DNA of 64,000 nt, from positions 5,503 to 69,502 of the IMG/VR virus record IMGVR_UViG_3300008448_000060; one strand, 5' to 3'. The notes under the pieces are model-generated. The model was not told the DNA's origin and did no database searches. It saw nothing but the letters and a program-made list of their open reading frames with translations. Positions 56,011 to 63,817 of this stretch are shown one piece after another. Each line of letters opens with the position of its first letter. The stretch's first letter is position 1. The position numbers and the translations under genes were made by a program. This DNA is from a virus.

Positions 56011-56402
56011 TGAAAAAATTTATTTTTTTAACTTTATTTTATTTTGTGCTTAGTCTTTTCCTTGCGAAAGTAGTGAACGCACAAGCGATAGTAAGATCTT
56101 TCAATTCAGATGCATTTGTCACAGCTTATATTAATGGCAATGCGTATGGGTACGATGCTGATAGAATTAATCGACAATCTGGTCCGAGAAATTCCTGCAT
56201 TTATGAAAGTCAAGAGAGAACCAAAGATGGTGTAGTTATTGGCAGAGATGAAATAAAGCGATGCCACGAAGAAGTAAAAACTGGTGAAAGTGATTCTTCT
56301 TTTATAAAAGATTTGATTACATCACCTCTTGGTGAAACATTGATAGTACTAACATCTTCTCTTTTATTACAAAGAGTTGCTGCTGGTGCATCTACTAGAT
56401 AG
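56004..56402 (+). CDS. Hypothetical exported protein
   Basis: MKKFIFL...VNA signal peptide; two Cys; hydrophobic C-terminus. Confidence 0.55.
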   Translation: MLMKKFIFLTLFYFVLSLFLAKVVNAQAIVRSFNSDAFVTAYINGNAYGYDADRINRQSGPRNSCIYESQERTKDGVVIGRDEIKRCHEEVKTGESDSSFIKDLITSPLGETLIVLTSSLLLQRVAAGASTR

Positions 56403-56417
56403 AAAGGAGGAAACGAT

Positions 56418-56870
56418 ATGAAAAAAATATTATTAGTTGGTTCGTTAATGTTCTTAGGAGCATGTGCTGGTAATTTGTCTAAATTAGATGGCAAAGCATC
56501 AGTTGACGGAAACGAAGATTTAATTAAAGTTGCAGCATTAGTATGTAATGAATTTAAATCTACTGATACAGTATTATATGGCTGTGGTTCTGGTATATCT
56601 TCTGATATGGAGTTATCAAAATCAAAAGCAATATTAAATGCTAAAATTTCAGTTGCTGACGTGTTATCAAACAGCTTAACAAAGCAAGAAACAATGGCAA
56701 CGACTGAAAGTACAAAAGACGGAGTAAATCGTCAGTATCAGTCAACCGAGAAAAACCAAACATTTGAACAATCTTTGACAAAATATAAAGTTGTTTATGA
56801 TAAACAATTTTTAGATCAAGGAAGATTCAGATCTTTTATAGTGATTGAGTATAAAGTAAAATCTCTATAA
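56418..56870 (+). CDS. Putative lipoprotein (LPP20-like)
   Basis: LGAC lipobox; YG.G.G.S.D..LS..KA..NAK..VA motif; AGGAGG RBS. Confidence 0.65.
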   Translation: MKKILLVGSLMFLGACAGNLSKLDGKASVDGNEDLIKVAALVCNEFKSTDTVLYGCGSGISSDMELSKSKAILNAKISVADVLSNSLTKQETMATTESTKDGVNRQYQSTEKNQTFEQSLTKYKVVYDKQFLDQGRFRSFIVIEYKVKSL

Positions 56871-56877
56871 TCCCATC

Positions 56878-56906
56878 TTTACTTGCAATTAAAAATGGGG
56901 TATAAT
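56878..56906 (+). promoter_or_regulatory. Sigma70-type promoter upstream of the uvsX operon
   Basis: TTTACT(56878)-N17-TATAAT(56901); -10 lies within a 10-bp inverted repeat. Confidence 0.65.
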
Positions 56907-56930
56907 ATATCTATACCCCATAAAAATATT

Positions 56931-57098
56931 ATGAAAACCTTAAAAGAATTAAAAATAGAATTAAAAGAACTTCAAAAAGAACACGAGTTTGAATCAACCA
57001 ATTTTCTAAAAAACAATTATAATCTTAAAAAAATAGAAGAAGATATAGTTGAATTACAAGACACAATCAATAAAAGGGAGAAATATACAAATGCCTGA
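56931..57098 (+). CDS. Small coiled-coil hypothetical protein
   Basis: From ATG 56931 (MKTLKELKIELKELQKE...); the track start overlaps the promoter. Confidence 0.5.
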   Translation: MKTLKELKIELKELQKEHEFESTNFLKNNYNLKKIEEDIVELQDTINKREKYTNA

Positions 57099-58188
57099 TT
57101 TTTTAAAAGACGTAATAAAAGATATTAATAACGAATATGCTGGTACAGCTGATGGTGATTTAGTAGGAGATTCTACATCATTTGTAGATACTGGATCTTA
57201 TATATTCAATGCTTTATTATCTGGTAATATCTATGATGGATTGCCAGCAAACAAAATTACTGCATTAGCAGGAGAACCATCAAGTGGAAAAACATTCTTC
57301 ACATTAGGAATTTGTAAAACATTTCAACAATTAGGAAAACAAGCAGGCATTATATACTTTGAAACAGAGGGTGCTATTACTAAAGACATGCTTGCTGAAA
57401 GAGGAATAGATCCTAAAAGATTTGTATTAATACCTGTATCGACTGTACAAGAATTTAGAAATCAAGCTACAAAAATTTGTGACAATGTTGACAAAGTTCC
57501 ATTAGAAGCAAGACATCCTATTTTGATTGTATTAGATTCTCTTGGCAATCTTTCAACTGAAAAAGAAGTGAAAGATATTATTGAAGGAAATGATACTCGT
57601 GATATGACAAGAGCACAATTAATTCGTGGTGCTTTTAGAGTACTTGCTTTAAGATTATCTAAATTACAAATTCCTATGATTGTGACAAATCACACATATG
57701 ATGTAATTGGTGCTTATGTACCAACAAAAGAAATGGGTGGTGGATCTGGCTTAAAATATGCTGCATCAACAATCGTATATTTAAGTAAATCAAAAGACAA
57801 AGACTCTGATAAAAATATAATTGGTAATATCATAAAAGCTACATTACAAAAATCTAGATTTACAAGAGAATTTTTGAAAGCTGAAATAAAACTTTCATAT
57901 GAAACAGGTCTTGATAGATATTATGGATTAATTGACGTTGCAGTTGATGCTGGTATATGGAAAGATGAGGGTGGCAGAATTGATGTTGGTGGAACTAAAG
58001 TATTTGGTAAAGCCATTAAAGAAAACCCTGAGAAATATTTTACAAAAGAAGTATTAGATAAAATAAATGAATATACTCAAAAAGCATTTAGATATGGTTC
58101 TACTATCGAACTATCAGATAAGGTGAGTGAAATACAACCAGAAGACAAAAAAGATGGTGGACGAAAAACAAAATCAAAATCCGAATAA
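57091..58188 (+). CDS. uvsX: RecA-like recombinase UvsX
   Basis: DTGSY.FNAL.SG, AGEPSSGKTF, LDSLG.L, TNHTY, MGGGSGLKYAAS; start at ATG 57091 with GGGAG RBS. Confidence 0.95.
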   Translation: MPDFLKDVIKDINNEYAGTADGDLVGDSTSFVDTGSYIFNALLSGNIYDGLPANKITALAGEPSSGKTFFTLGICKTFQQLGKQAGIIYFETEGAITKDMLAERGIDPKRFVLIPVSTVQEFRNQATKICDNVDKVPLEARHPILIVLDSLGNLSTEKEVKDIIEGNDTRDMTRAQLIRGAFRVLALRLSKLQIPMIVTNHTYDVIGAYVPTKEMGGGSGLKYAASTIVYLSKSKDKDSDKNIIGNIIKATLQKSRFTREFLKAEIKLSYETGLDRYYGLIDVAVDAGIWKDEGGRIDVGGTKVFGKAIKENPEKYFTKEVLDKINEYTQKAFRYGSTIELSDKVSEIQPEDKKDGGRKTKSKSE

Positions 58189-58666
58189 ATCGGAAATTCC
58201 AGCTACAAGGGAAAATTTATTCCCTTTTATTGATCCCAATTCATATGAATCTAAAGAAGCATATGAAGCAGCAAGGGATGAATATCTTAAATCTAAACCA
58301 GTAAGAGTACCACCATATGAAACTTTAGAAACTAAAGGTAAATATGGTTCAAATCATATTAAATTCCAAAATGGAATACTTGAAAATGTAGTTGTTTCAT
58401 TTGGCAAAGTATCATTTGAAAATCAAACAGATGGTAATATTAAATTATTCTACGAATATGATGCTAATGTAGAAAAATCATTACACCAATTTAATGTAGA
58501 TATACCAGAAAGCAAACAATTACTTGAGAGACACTTAGGTGATTTTCTTATGGCTTGTATAGAAGAACAAGTAAGAAATAAAACCATTTTATTCAAAGGT
58601 GGTAAAGAAGAAATGGAAGCATATACAAAAACTAAAACTGATGAGAATAGAAACAACAATACTTAA
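58154..58666 (+). CDS. Hypothetical protein in the gp40 position
   Basis: Between uvsX and gp41; V.FGKV.F...L.YEY...LGD.L pattern resembles gp40-like proteins. Confidence 0.5.
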   Translation: MVDEKQNQNPNKSEIPATRENLFPFIDPNSYESKEAYEAARDEYLKSKPVRVPPYETLETKGKYGSNHIKFQNGILENVVVSFGKVSFENQTDGNIKLFYEYDANVEKSLHQFNVDIPESKQLLERHLGDFLMACIEEQVRNKTILFKGGKEEMEAYTKTKTDENRNNNT

Positions 58667-60044
58667 AAATTTACTTCACGATGAAGATTATGCTCGTAAA
58701 GTTGTACCACATTTACGTGAAGAATATTTTCAAGATAAAATTGAAAGAGCAATTGCTAGTCAAATACTAAAGTTTTTTACTAAATTTAATAAACCAGCTA
58801 CAGTTGAAGTTATTGATATTGAACTTGGTAATGATAAAACTTTATTTGAAACTGACTATCAACAAGCACAAGCTTATACTAAAGAATTAAAGAATAAAGA
58901 AGACATAAATTCTAAATGGTTAGTTGATGCTACTGAGAAATTTTGTAAAGATAAAGCTGTCTATAATTCTATTATGGATAGTATTAAAATTATAGATGGT
59001 CGTGATAAAGTAAGAAAACAAGATAGTATTCCTTCTTTATTATCTGATGCACTTGCAGTTTCTTTCGATAAATCAGTCGGTCATGATTATCTCGAAAATG
59101 CTGATGATCGTTTTGATTTTTATAAACGCACAGAAGAAAAAATACCATTTGATATAGACTTATTTAATACAATTACACGTGGTGGTGTAAGCAATAAAAC
59201 TTTAAATGTTGCCTTAGCAGGAACAGGAGTTGGTAAATCTTTATTCTTATGTCATTTTGCGTCAGCAAATTTAATGAACAATCTTAATGTACTCTATATA
59301 ACTTTAGAGATGTCTGAAGAAAAAATTGCTGAACGTATTGATGCGAACTTATTAAATGTCACTATGGATGAGTTAAAAATCCTAGAGAAAATAGATTTTA
59401 CTTTACGTGTTGATAGAGTGAAAGAAAAAACTAAAGGAAAACTTGTTATAAAAGAATTTCCTACAGCAACAGCCCACGTTGGTCATTTTAGAGCATTACT
59501 TGATGAACTAAAAATGAAAAAAGACTTTAAACCAGATATCATTTACATAGATTATTTAAATTTATGTGTTTCTGCTAGATTAAAATATGGTGGAAATAAT
59601 AATTCTTATACAATTATTAAAAGTATAGCAGAAGAATTAAGAGGACTAGCAGTACAATATGATTTACCTATAATGACTGCTACTCAAACAACAAGACAAG
59701 GATATACTTCTTCTGATTTAGGATTAGAAGATACTTCTGAGTCATTTGGTCTTCCAGCAACAGCTGACTTTATGTTTGCGATTATTGCTACTGAAGATAT
59801 GATTAAAGAAGGAATAGCAAGTGTGAAACAATTAAAGAATCGTTATAACGATCCTAATTACTATAAAAGATTTGTCGTTGGTGTTGAAAGAAATAAGATG
59901 AAAGTCTATAATCTTGAAACAGAACATATGAAAAGACATATGGCACTAGCTGACGCAGGAGATTCTACACCTGTATTTGATAAAGGAAGTATAGGTGAAA
60001 GAATAAAGGCAGAAACAACATCATCGTTTAAATTCGATGAATAA
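58641..60044 (+). CDS. gp41: Replicative helicase gp41
   Basis: ALAGTGVGKSLF, YITLEMSEE.IAERIDAN, IDYLN, ATQTTR.G, SESFGLPATAD, KQLKNRY. Confidence 0.96.
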   Translation: MRIETTILKNLLHDEDYARKVVPHLREEYFQDKIERAIASQILKFFTKFNKPATVEVIDIELGNDKTLFETDYQQAQAYTKELKNKEDINSKWLVDATEKFCKDKAVYNSIMDSIKIIDGRDKVRKQDSIPSLLSDALAVSFDKSVGHDYLENADDRFDFYKRTEEKIPFDIDLFNTITRGGVSNKTLNVALAGTGVGKSLFLCHFASANLMNNLNVLYITLEMSEEKIAERIDANLLNVTMDELKILEKIDFTLRVDRVKEKTKGKLVIKEFPTATAHVGHFRALLDELKMKKDFKPDIIYIDYLNLCVSARLKYGGNNNSYTIIKSIAEELRGLAVQYDLPIMTATQTTRQGYTSSDLGLEDTSESFGLPATADFMFAIIATEDMIKEGIASVKQLKNRYNDPNYYKRFVVGVERNKMKVYNLETEHMKRHMALADAGDSTPVFDKGSIGERIKAETTSSFKFDE

Positions 60045-60059
60045 CATAAAGGAAAAAAG

Positions 60060-61358
60060 ATGACAACAAAAGTGATAACCGCAGCAACTAAGATTGATTG
60101 TGAACATTTGCTTGCGACTTTTGTAGATCATTCACACTATGACACTTTGGTGGAATATGATTGTGATTTCTATGCTCCATCTGTTGATGGGATAAACAGC
60201 GAGAAAAACATTCTGTTTAAATTTAGAAAAAATTGGTTTACGAAAGAGCAACAAGACTTAGCATATAAAGGTCTTAGAGAAGCAGCAGTCGAAACACAAA
60301 ATCGTGGCATAGCAGCAGGACCAAAAGGTTCAAAACTTGGTGGTCGTGACTGGGTGACGGAATATCAAGAAGAAATGCTTGAAGCATTATCTAAGTATGA
60401 AACTACACTTGATGGTTCTAATCCTATAACAACAATCACAGAAAAATATAAAAACAAAGATAAAACAGCAGCAGGATCTAGAGGATCTGTATGGCTTAAG
60501 AATAAAGTCACTGATGAAGGATTTATCTTTGAAGAGTGGTTAAATGAAATAAAATCATTACCTCGTGATGAGATAGTTAAAGAAGCAATACGAGTGAAAA
60601 CTAAATTGACTTCAACAACTTCATACGCACAAGCAGTGTGGTCTGGTATTGCTGGATATTTTGATAGATATCCTCGTATTCCTTATGGAAGAGCAACATC
60701 TTTCACTGAAAAGAATCCTGAGAAATTTGCTATGGGATTCCCATTCTTACAAAAACTTTCAGATGGTTTTAAACAATTACTGCCTGAACGTTATGCGAAA
60801 CAAAAAGAAGCATGTGATAAAATGGATCCAAAGTTTATTATTCCAGGAACTGTATTTACTACAGCGACTGTAAATAAAACTTTTAGAACAGCAGCACATA
60901 GAGATGCTGGTGATTTAAATGAAGGATTCAGTAATCTTACAGTAGTATCAAACAATGGTAAGTACAAAGGAGGTTATCTAGTACTGCCAGAATACAGAGT
61001 TGCTGTAAATATACGTCCAGGAGATTTATTATTAATTAATAATCACGAGGGTATTCATGGAAATACTGAAATGATTGTTGAAGATCCTGAAGCAGAACGT
61101 ATTTCTTTCGTATGTTATTTCAGAGAAAAGATGCTAGAACTTGGCTCTTGGAATTATGAATTAACAAGAAAAAATTACGTCGAGGACAGACGTAGAAATA
61201 AAAACCACCCATTACAAAGAGAACTTTGGAATGGAGTTTCAGAAAATATGTGGAAAGATCAAGAATGGTATGATTATCTAACATCTAAATTAGGTAAAGA
61301 AACATTATACAAATACCATCCTGAAGCAAATAAATCTTCACTTGAAGCATTTTTTTAA
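60060..61358 (+). CDS. TET/JBP-family 2OG-Fe(II) dioxygenase (putative DNA base oxidase)
   Basis: FTT.TVN..FRTAAHRDAGD (HxD), GGYLVLPEY.VAV....GD.L....H..IHGNT (distal His), RISFVCYFRE (2OG-binding Arg). Confidence 0.85.
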   Translation: MTTKVITAATKIDCEHLLATFVDHSHYDTLVEYDCDFYAPSVDGINSEKNILFKFRKNWFTKEQQDLAYKGLREAAVETQNRGIAAGPKGSKLGGRDWVTEYQEEMLEALSKYETTLDGSNPITTITEKYKNKDKTAAGSRGSVWLKNKVTDEGFIFEEWLNEIKSLPRDEIVKEAIRVKTKLTSTTSYAQAVWSGIAGYFDRYPRIPYGRATSFTEKNPEKFAMGFPFLQKLSDGFKQLLPERYAKQKEACDKMDPKFIIPGTVFTTATVNKTFRTAAHRDAGDLNEGFSNLTVVSNNGKYKGGYLVLPEYRVAVNIRPGDLLLINNHEGIHGNTEMIVEDPEAERISFVCYFREKMLELGSWNYELTRKNYVEDRRRNKNHPLQRELWNGVSENMWKDQEWYDYLTSKLGKETLYKYHPEANKSSLEAFF

Positions 61359-61360
61359 CC

Positions 61361-62365
61361 ATGTCTCTCCATGAATTTTTAGGAGAGGAACGAGCACTAG
61401 ATTGGTATTATACTGCTAATTCTTCAAACAAGGGATTAAAACTTGGTTATCGGAGAGTATCTGGTAAAATAGGATTAACAAATAAAGAATCTGGTGTTCG
61501 TGGTGCATGGGTAGAGAAAAGAATTGCACTCTTTAAGAACTTATTTGCATCTGGTTATTCAATAATTCCTTTTTCAACACCAACAGAAGCAACAGCAGCA
61601 GATGGATTTACATCTGTCGATGAATACACAAATTGTGATATTCTTTTATTAGAATTTGGTGGAACAAATCTACAATTTTATAAAAAAGATTGGGATAAAA
61701 CAGTTGAACTAATTAAATCACATTCTGGAAAAATAATATTCATTAATGACGATCCTGACTTACCATTTCTTTGGGAATTACTACCAAATGAAAAATGGGA
61801 TAGATGGATAGTTGCAGCAAATGCGACTAATTCTGCAGAAGTATCAACAATTCTTAAATGCCCAATGGGTGTAAGAGTTGTAGATTTACCAATGGCAAAT
61901 GGAATGACGTTTGAATCTTTCTCAAATGGTAATATAGATAAAACTGTCTACATTGGAAGACCGAATGGAAGAACAAAATATTTTAAAGAATTTTTAAAGT
62001 CACCAAATCTTGAGATATCAGGAAAACCAAAAGAGTGGACTGATTTTGATGTAAATGTTATTGAAAATCCACAACAAAAAGATCGAAGAAAATTTTATAG
62101 AAATTATAAAGGTTGTTTAACTGTTTATGACAGTAAACATAAAATATCTGGATGGAGAACTGGTCGTGCTTTCCATGCACTTTATGCTGGTATTCCAGTT
62201 TGCGCACCATCAGGAAATAATGGTTTAAACTGGACATATCCTGTAGAGACTGCAGAAGATTTAACTAAATTTACATCTTTATCAGATGAAAAACGTAAAT
62301 TAATTTGGGAAAAACAAAAATCAATTATCCAAAATGAAACAAATATAGATTTAATTTTATTATGA
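61361..62365 (+). CDS. Putative GT-B glycosyltransferase (beta-glucosyltransferase-like)
   Basis: Two Rossmann-like halves; FINDDPDL, VYIGRPNGR, C-terminal GWRTGRAFHALYAGIPV; adjacent to the TET/JBP gene. Confidence 0.55.
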   Translation: MSLHEFLGEERALDWYYTANSSNKGLKLGYRRVSGKIGLTNKESGVRGAWVEKRIALFKNLFASGYSIIPFSTPTEATAADGFTSVDEYTNCDILLLEFGGTNLQFYKKDWDKTVELIKSHSGKIIFINDDPDLPFLWELLPNEKWDRWIVAANATNSAEVSTILKCPMGVRVVDLPMANGMTFESFSNGNIDKTVYIGRPNGRTKYFKEFLKSPNLEISGKPKEWTDFDVNVIENPQQKDRRKFYRNYKGCLTVYDSKHKISGWRTGRAFHALYAGIPVCAPSGNNGLNWTYPVETAEDLTKFTSLSDEKRKLIWEKQKSIIQNETNIDLILL

Positions 62366-62811
62366 TAGTATCTTATGATATGGATGGTGTTCTTGCACTT
62401 AACCCACCACCAAATACAAAAAAATGGGGGCATATGAATGGGGTTGAAAGAAGAGCAAGAAAAGAATTTCTATATGATTGGTATAATTCTGCTGAACCAT
62501 TATATAAACCGACTGAAGATAAATTTCATGTAATTTCAGCAAGGAAAAAAGACCAACGTACATGGGAAATAACGATGAATTGGTTAAATAAATACTTTCC
62601 TGGAAGAGTAATTTCATTATCTTTATTAAATGTGCCAAGAACTGTAAATAATGTAGTAAAGTTTAAGAATGATGCAATCAATTCAATTGGTGCAGTTGAA
62701 CATACTGAAGATAATAAAAAAGTATTAAGAGGTATTTCAAAAATTAATAAAAATATTAAGTTATATTTTTGGGAAAAGGATATGGTAAATAAGGAAGTAT
62801 TTAATGGCTAA
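62362..62811 (+). CDS. HAD-superfamily phosphatase
   Basis: Motif I YDMDGVL, motif II ISAR, motif III K, motif IV EDN. Confidence 0.75.
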   Translation: MIVSYDMDGVLALNPPPNTKKWGHMNGVERRARKEFLYDWYNSAEPLYKPTEDKFHVISARKKDQRTWEITMNWLNKYFPGRVISLSLLNVPRTVNNVVKFKNDAINSIGAVEHTEDNKKVLRGISKINKNIKLYFWEKDMVNKEVFNG

Positions 62812-63394
62812 AAATTATTTTCATTTAAAACTTCCTTTCAAAGACCCTTTAAACGAAGATGGCATGAAGTGGTTTTTTGATTTACCACCTTGTTTTATAC
62901 AAGTACCAAAAAAATATTTTAATGAAGAAGCTGTTAAATTTTTTGAATCTAAAAAATTATTATATTGGGATGCTGAAGTTTTTTCATTTCCTGCAAACTA
63001 TACAATGGAAATACACGTTGATGCTGTTGAGTTTACAGAAAAATGTAAATTAAATTGGGCTTATAGTAAGGGAGAACATCATAATCTTTGGTTTAAACCA
63101 AAACCATCTTGGATACCAAGAGCAACTGACGGAGAACAAGATGATGGACGTTATGATGATTATAGCTACACTTTCGAAGAAAATGAAGTTGAAGAAGTGG
63201 AAAGAACTACTGTAAGAACACCAACTTGTATAGTTAGTGGTCAGCCACATAGTGTACGAACATATAGTGAACCAAGAAAAGCAATTTCTGTCACTTTATA
63301 TCCACACGGAACTAATCCACCAGCTTTACCAAAAGATTGGGGAATACCAATATCAAATATGAGAGAGGTTTTAAATGATTACATCATTGATTAG
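62804..63394 (+). CDS. Putative double-stranded beta-helix (cupin/2OG-Fe(II)) oxygenase
   Basis: IHVD ... PHSV ... RKAISV (HxD...H...RxxxS pattern). Confidence 0.5.
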   Translation: MAKNYFHLKLPFKDPLNEDGMKWFFDLPPCFIQVPKKYFNEEAVKFFESKKLLYWDAEVFSFPANYTMEIHVDAVEFTEKCKLNWAYSKGEHHNLWFKPKPSWIPRATDGEQDDGRYDDYSYTFEENEVEEVERTTVRTPTCIVSGQPHSVRTYSEPRKAISVTLYPHGTNPPALPKDWGIPISNMREVLNDYIID

Positions 63395-63554
63395 AGCAAT
63401 CCTTTGGGGATTTGTTAATATTTTATTCTGGATAGTTATAGCGATACTATTTTCTCTTATGATATGTACAATATTCATAGGGTATGCACTTGAAAGAATA
63501 GGAACTTTTATAGACTGGGTATTTGAAAATGACGAAAAGAAATCCAGTAGCTAA
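63375..63554 (+). CDS. Small membrane protein (59 aa; not in ORF track)
   Basis: MITSLIRAILWGFVNILFWIVIAILFSLMICTIFIGYALE...; GAGG RBS. Confidence 0.5.
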   Translation: MITSLIRAILWGFVNILFWIVIAILFSLMICTIFIGYALERIGTFIDWVFENDEKKSSS

Positions 63555-63666
63555 ATCTTTAAGAACACCAAAGTTTAAACAAAAAATTGTAAAGAATAAA
63601 AAACAGTATAGCAGAAAAAATAAAACAATAGAAGAAATTAATCATCACTTTGAAATATATGAATAA
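63529..63666 (+). CDS. Small basic ArfA-like protein (45 aa; not in ORF track)
   Basis: MTKRNPVAKSLRTPKFKQKIVKNKKQYSRKNKTIEEINHHFEIYE. Confidence 0.55.
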   Translation: MTKRNPVAKSLRTPKFKQKIVKNKKQYSRKNKTIEEINHHFEIYE

Positions 63667-63817
63667 ACAATATAATGAATATGATTCGTTCGATTCTAAT
63701 TGGTCAGCTGAAATAGAATCAATAAATCCATCAGGACAAAGTCAAGGAAATGAAGAAATTGACAAGTACAAAACATCATCATTTTGGGAAGTTATTAAGG
63801 ATATATTTAAATGGTAA
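63659..63817 (+). CDS. Hypothetical protein (52 aa; not in ORF track)
   Basis: MNKQYNEYDSFDSNWSAE...FWEVIKDIFKW; overlaps both neighbours in phage-operon fashion. Confidence 0.4.
   Translation: MNKQYNEYDSFDSNWSAEIESINPSGQSQGNEEIDKYKTSSFWEVIKDIFKW

Noticed and set aside
22917-60044. Introns, inteins or homing endonucleases in gp17, gp20, gp23, uvsW, gp43, uvsX or gp41
   Set aside because: All are continuous ORFs of ordinary length; no LAGLIDADG, HNH, GIY-YIG or intein motifs recognised
3223-60873. Short out-of-frame plus-strand ORFs (3223..3417, 7935..8201, 10695..10880, 60649..60873)
   Set aside because: Nested within longer genes; composition is typical of frame-shifted AT-rich coding DNA
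3040-63250. All other minus-strand ORFs in the track (e.g. 13494..14018, 16889..17446, 21778..22188, 38674..39222, 49506..49763, 50861..51211)
   Set aside because: They lie antisense to well-supported plus-strand genes or their leaders, and show no recognisable motifs
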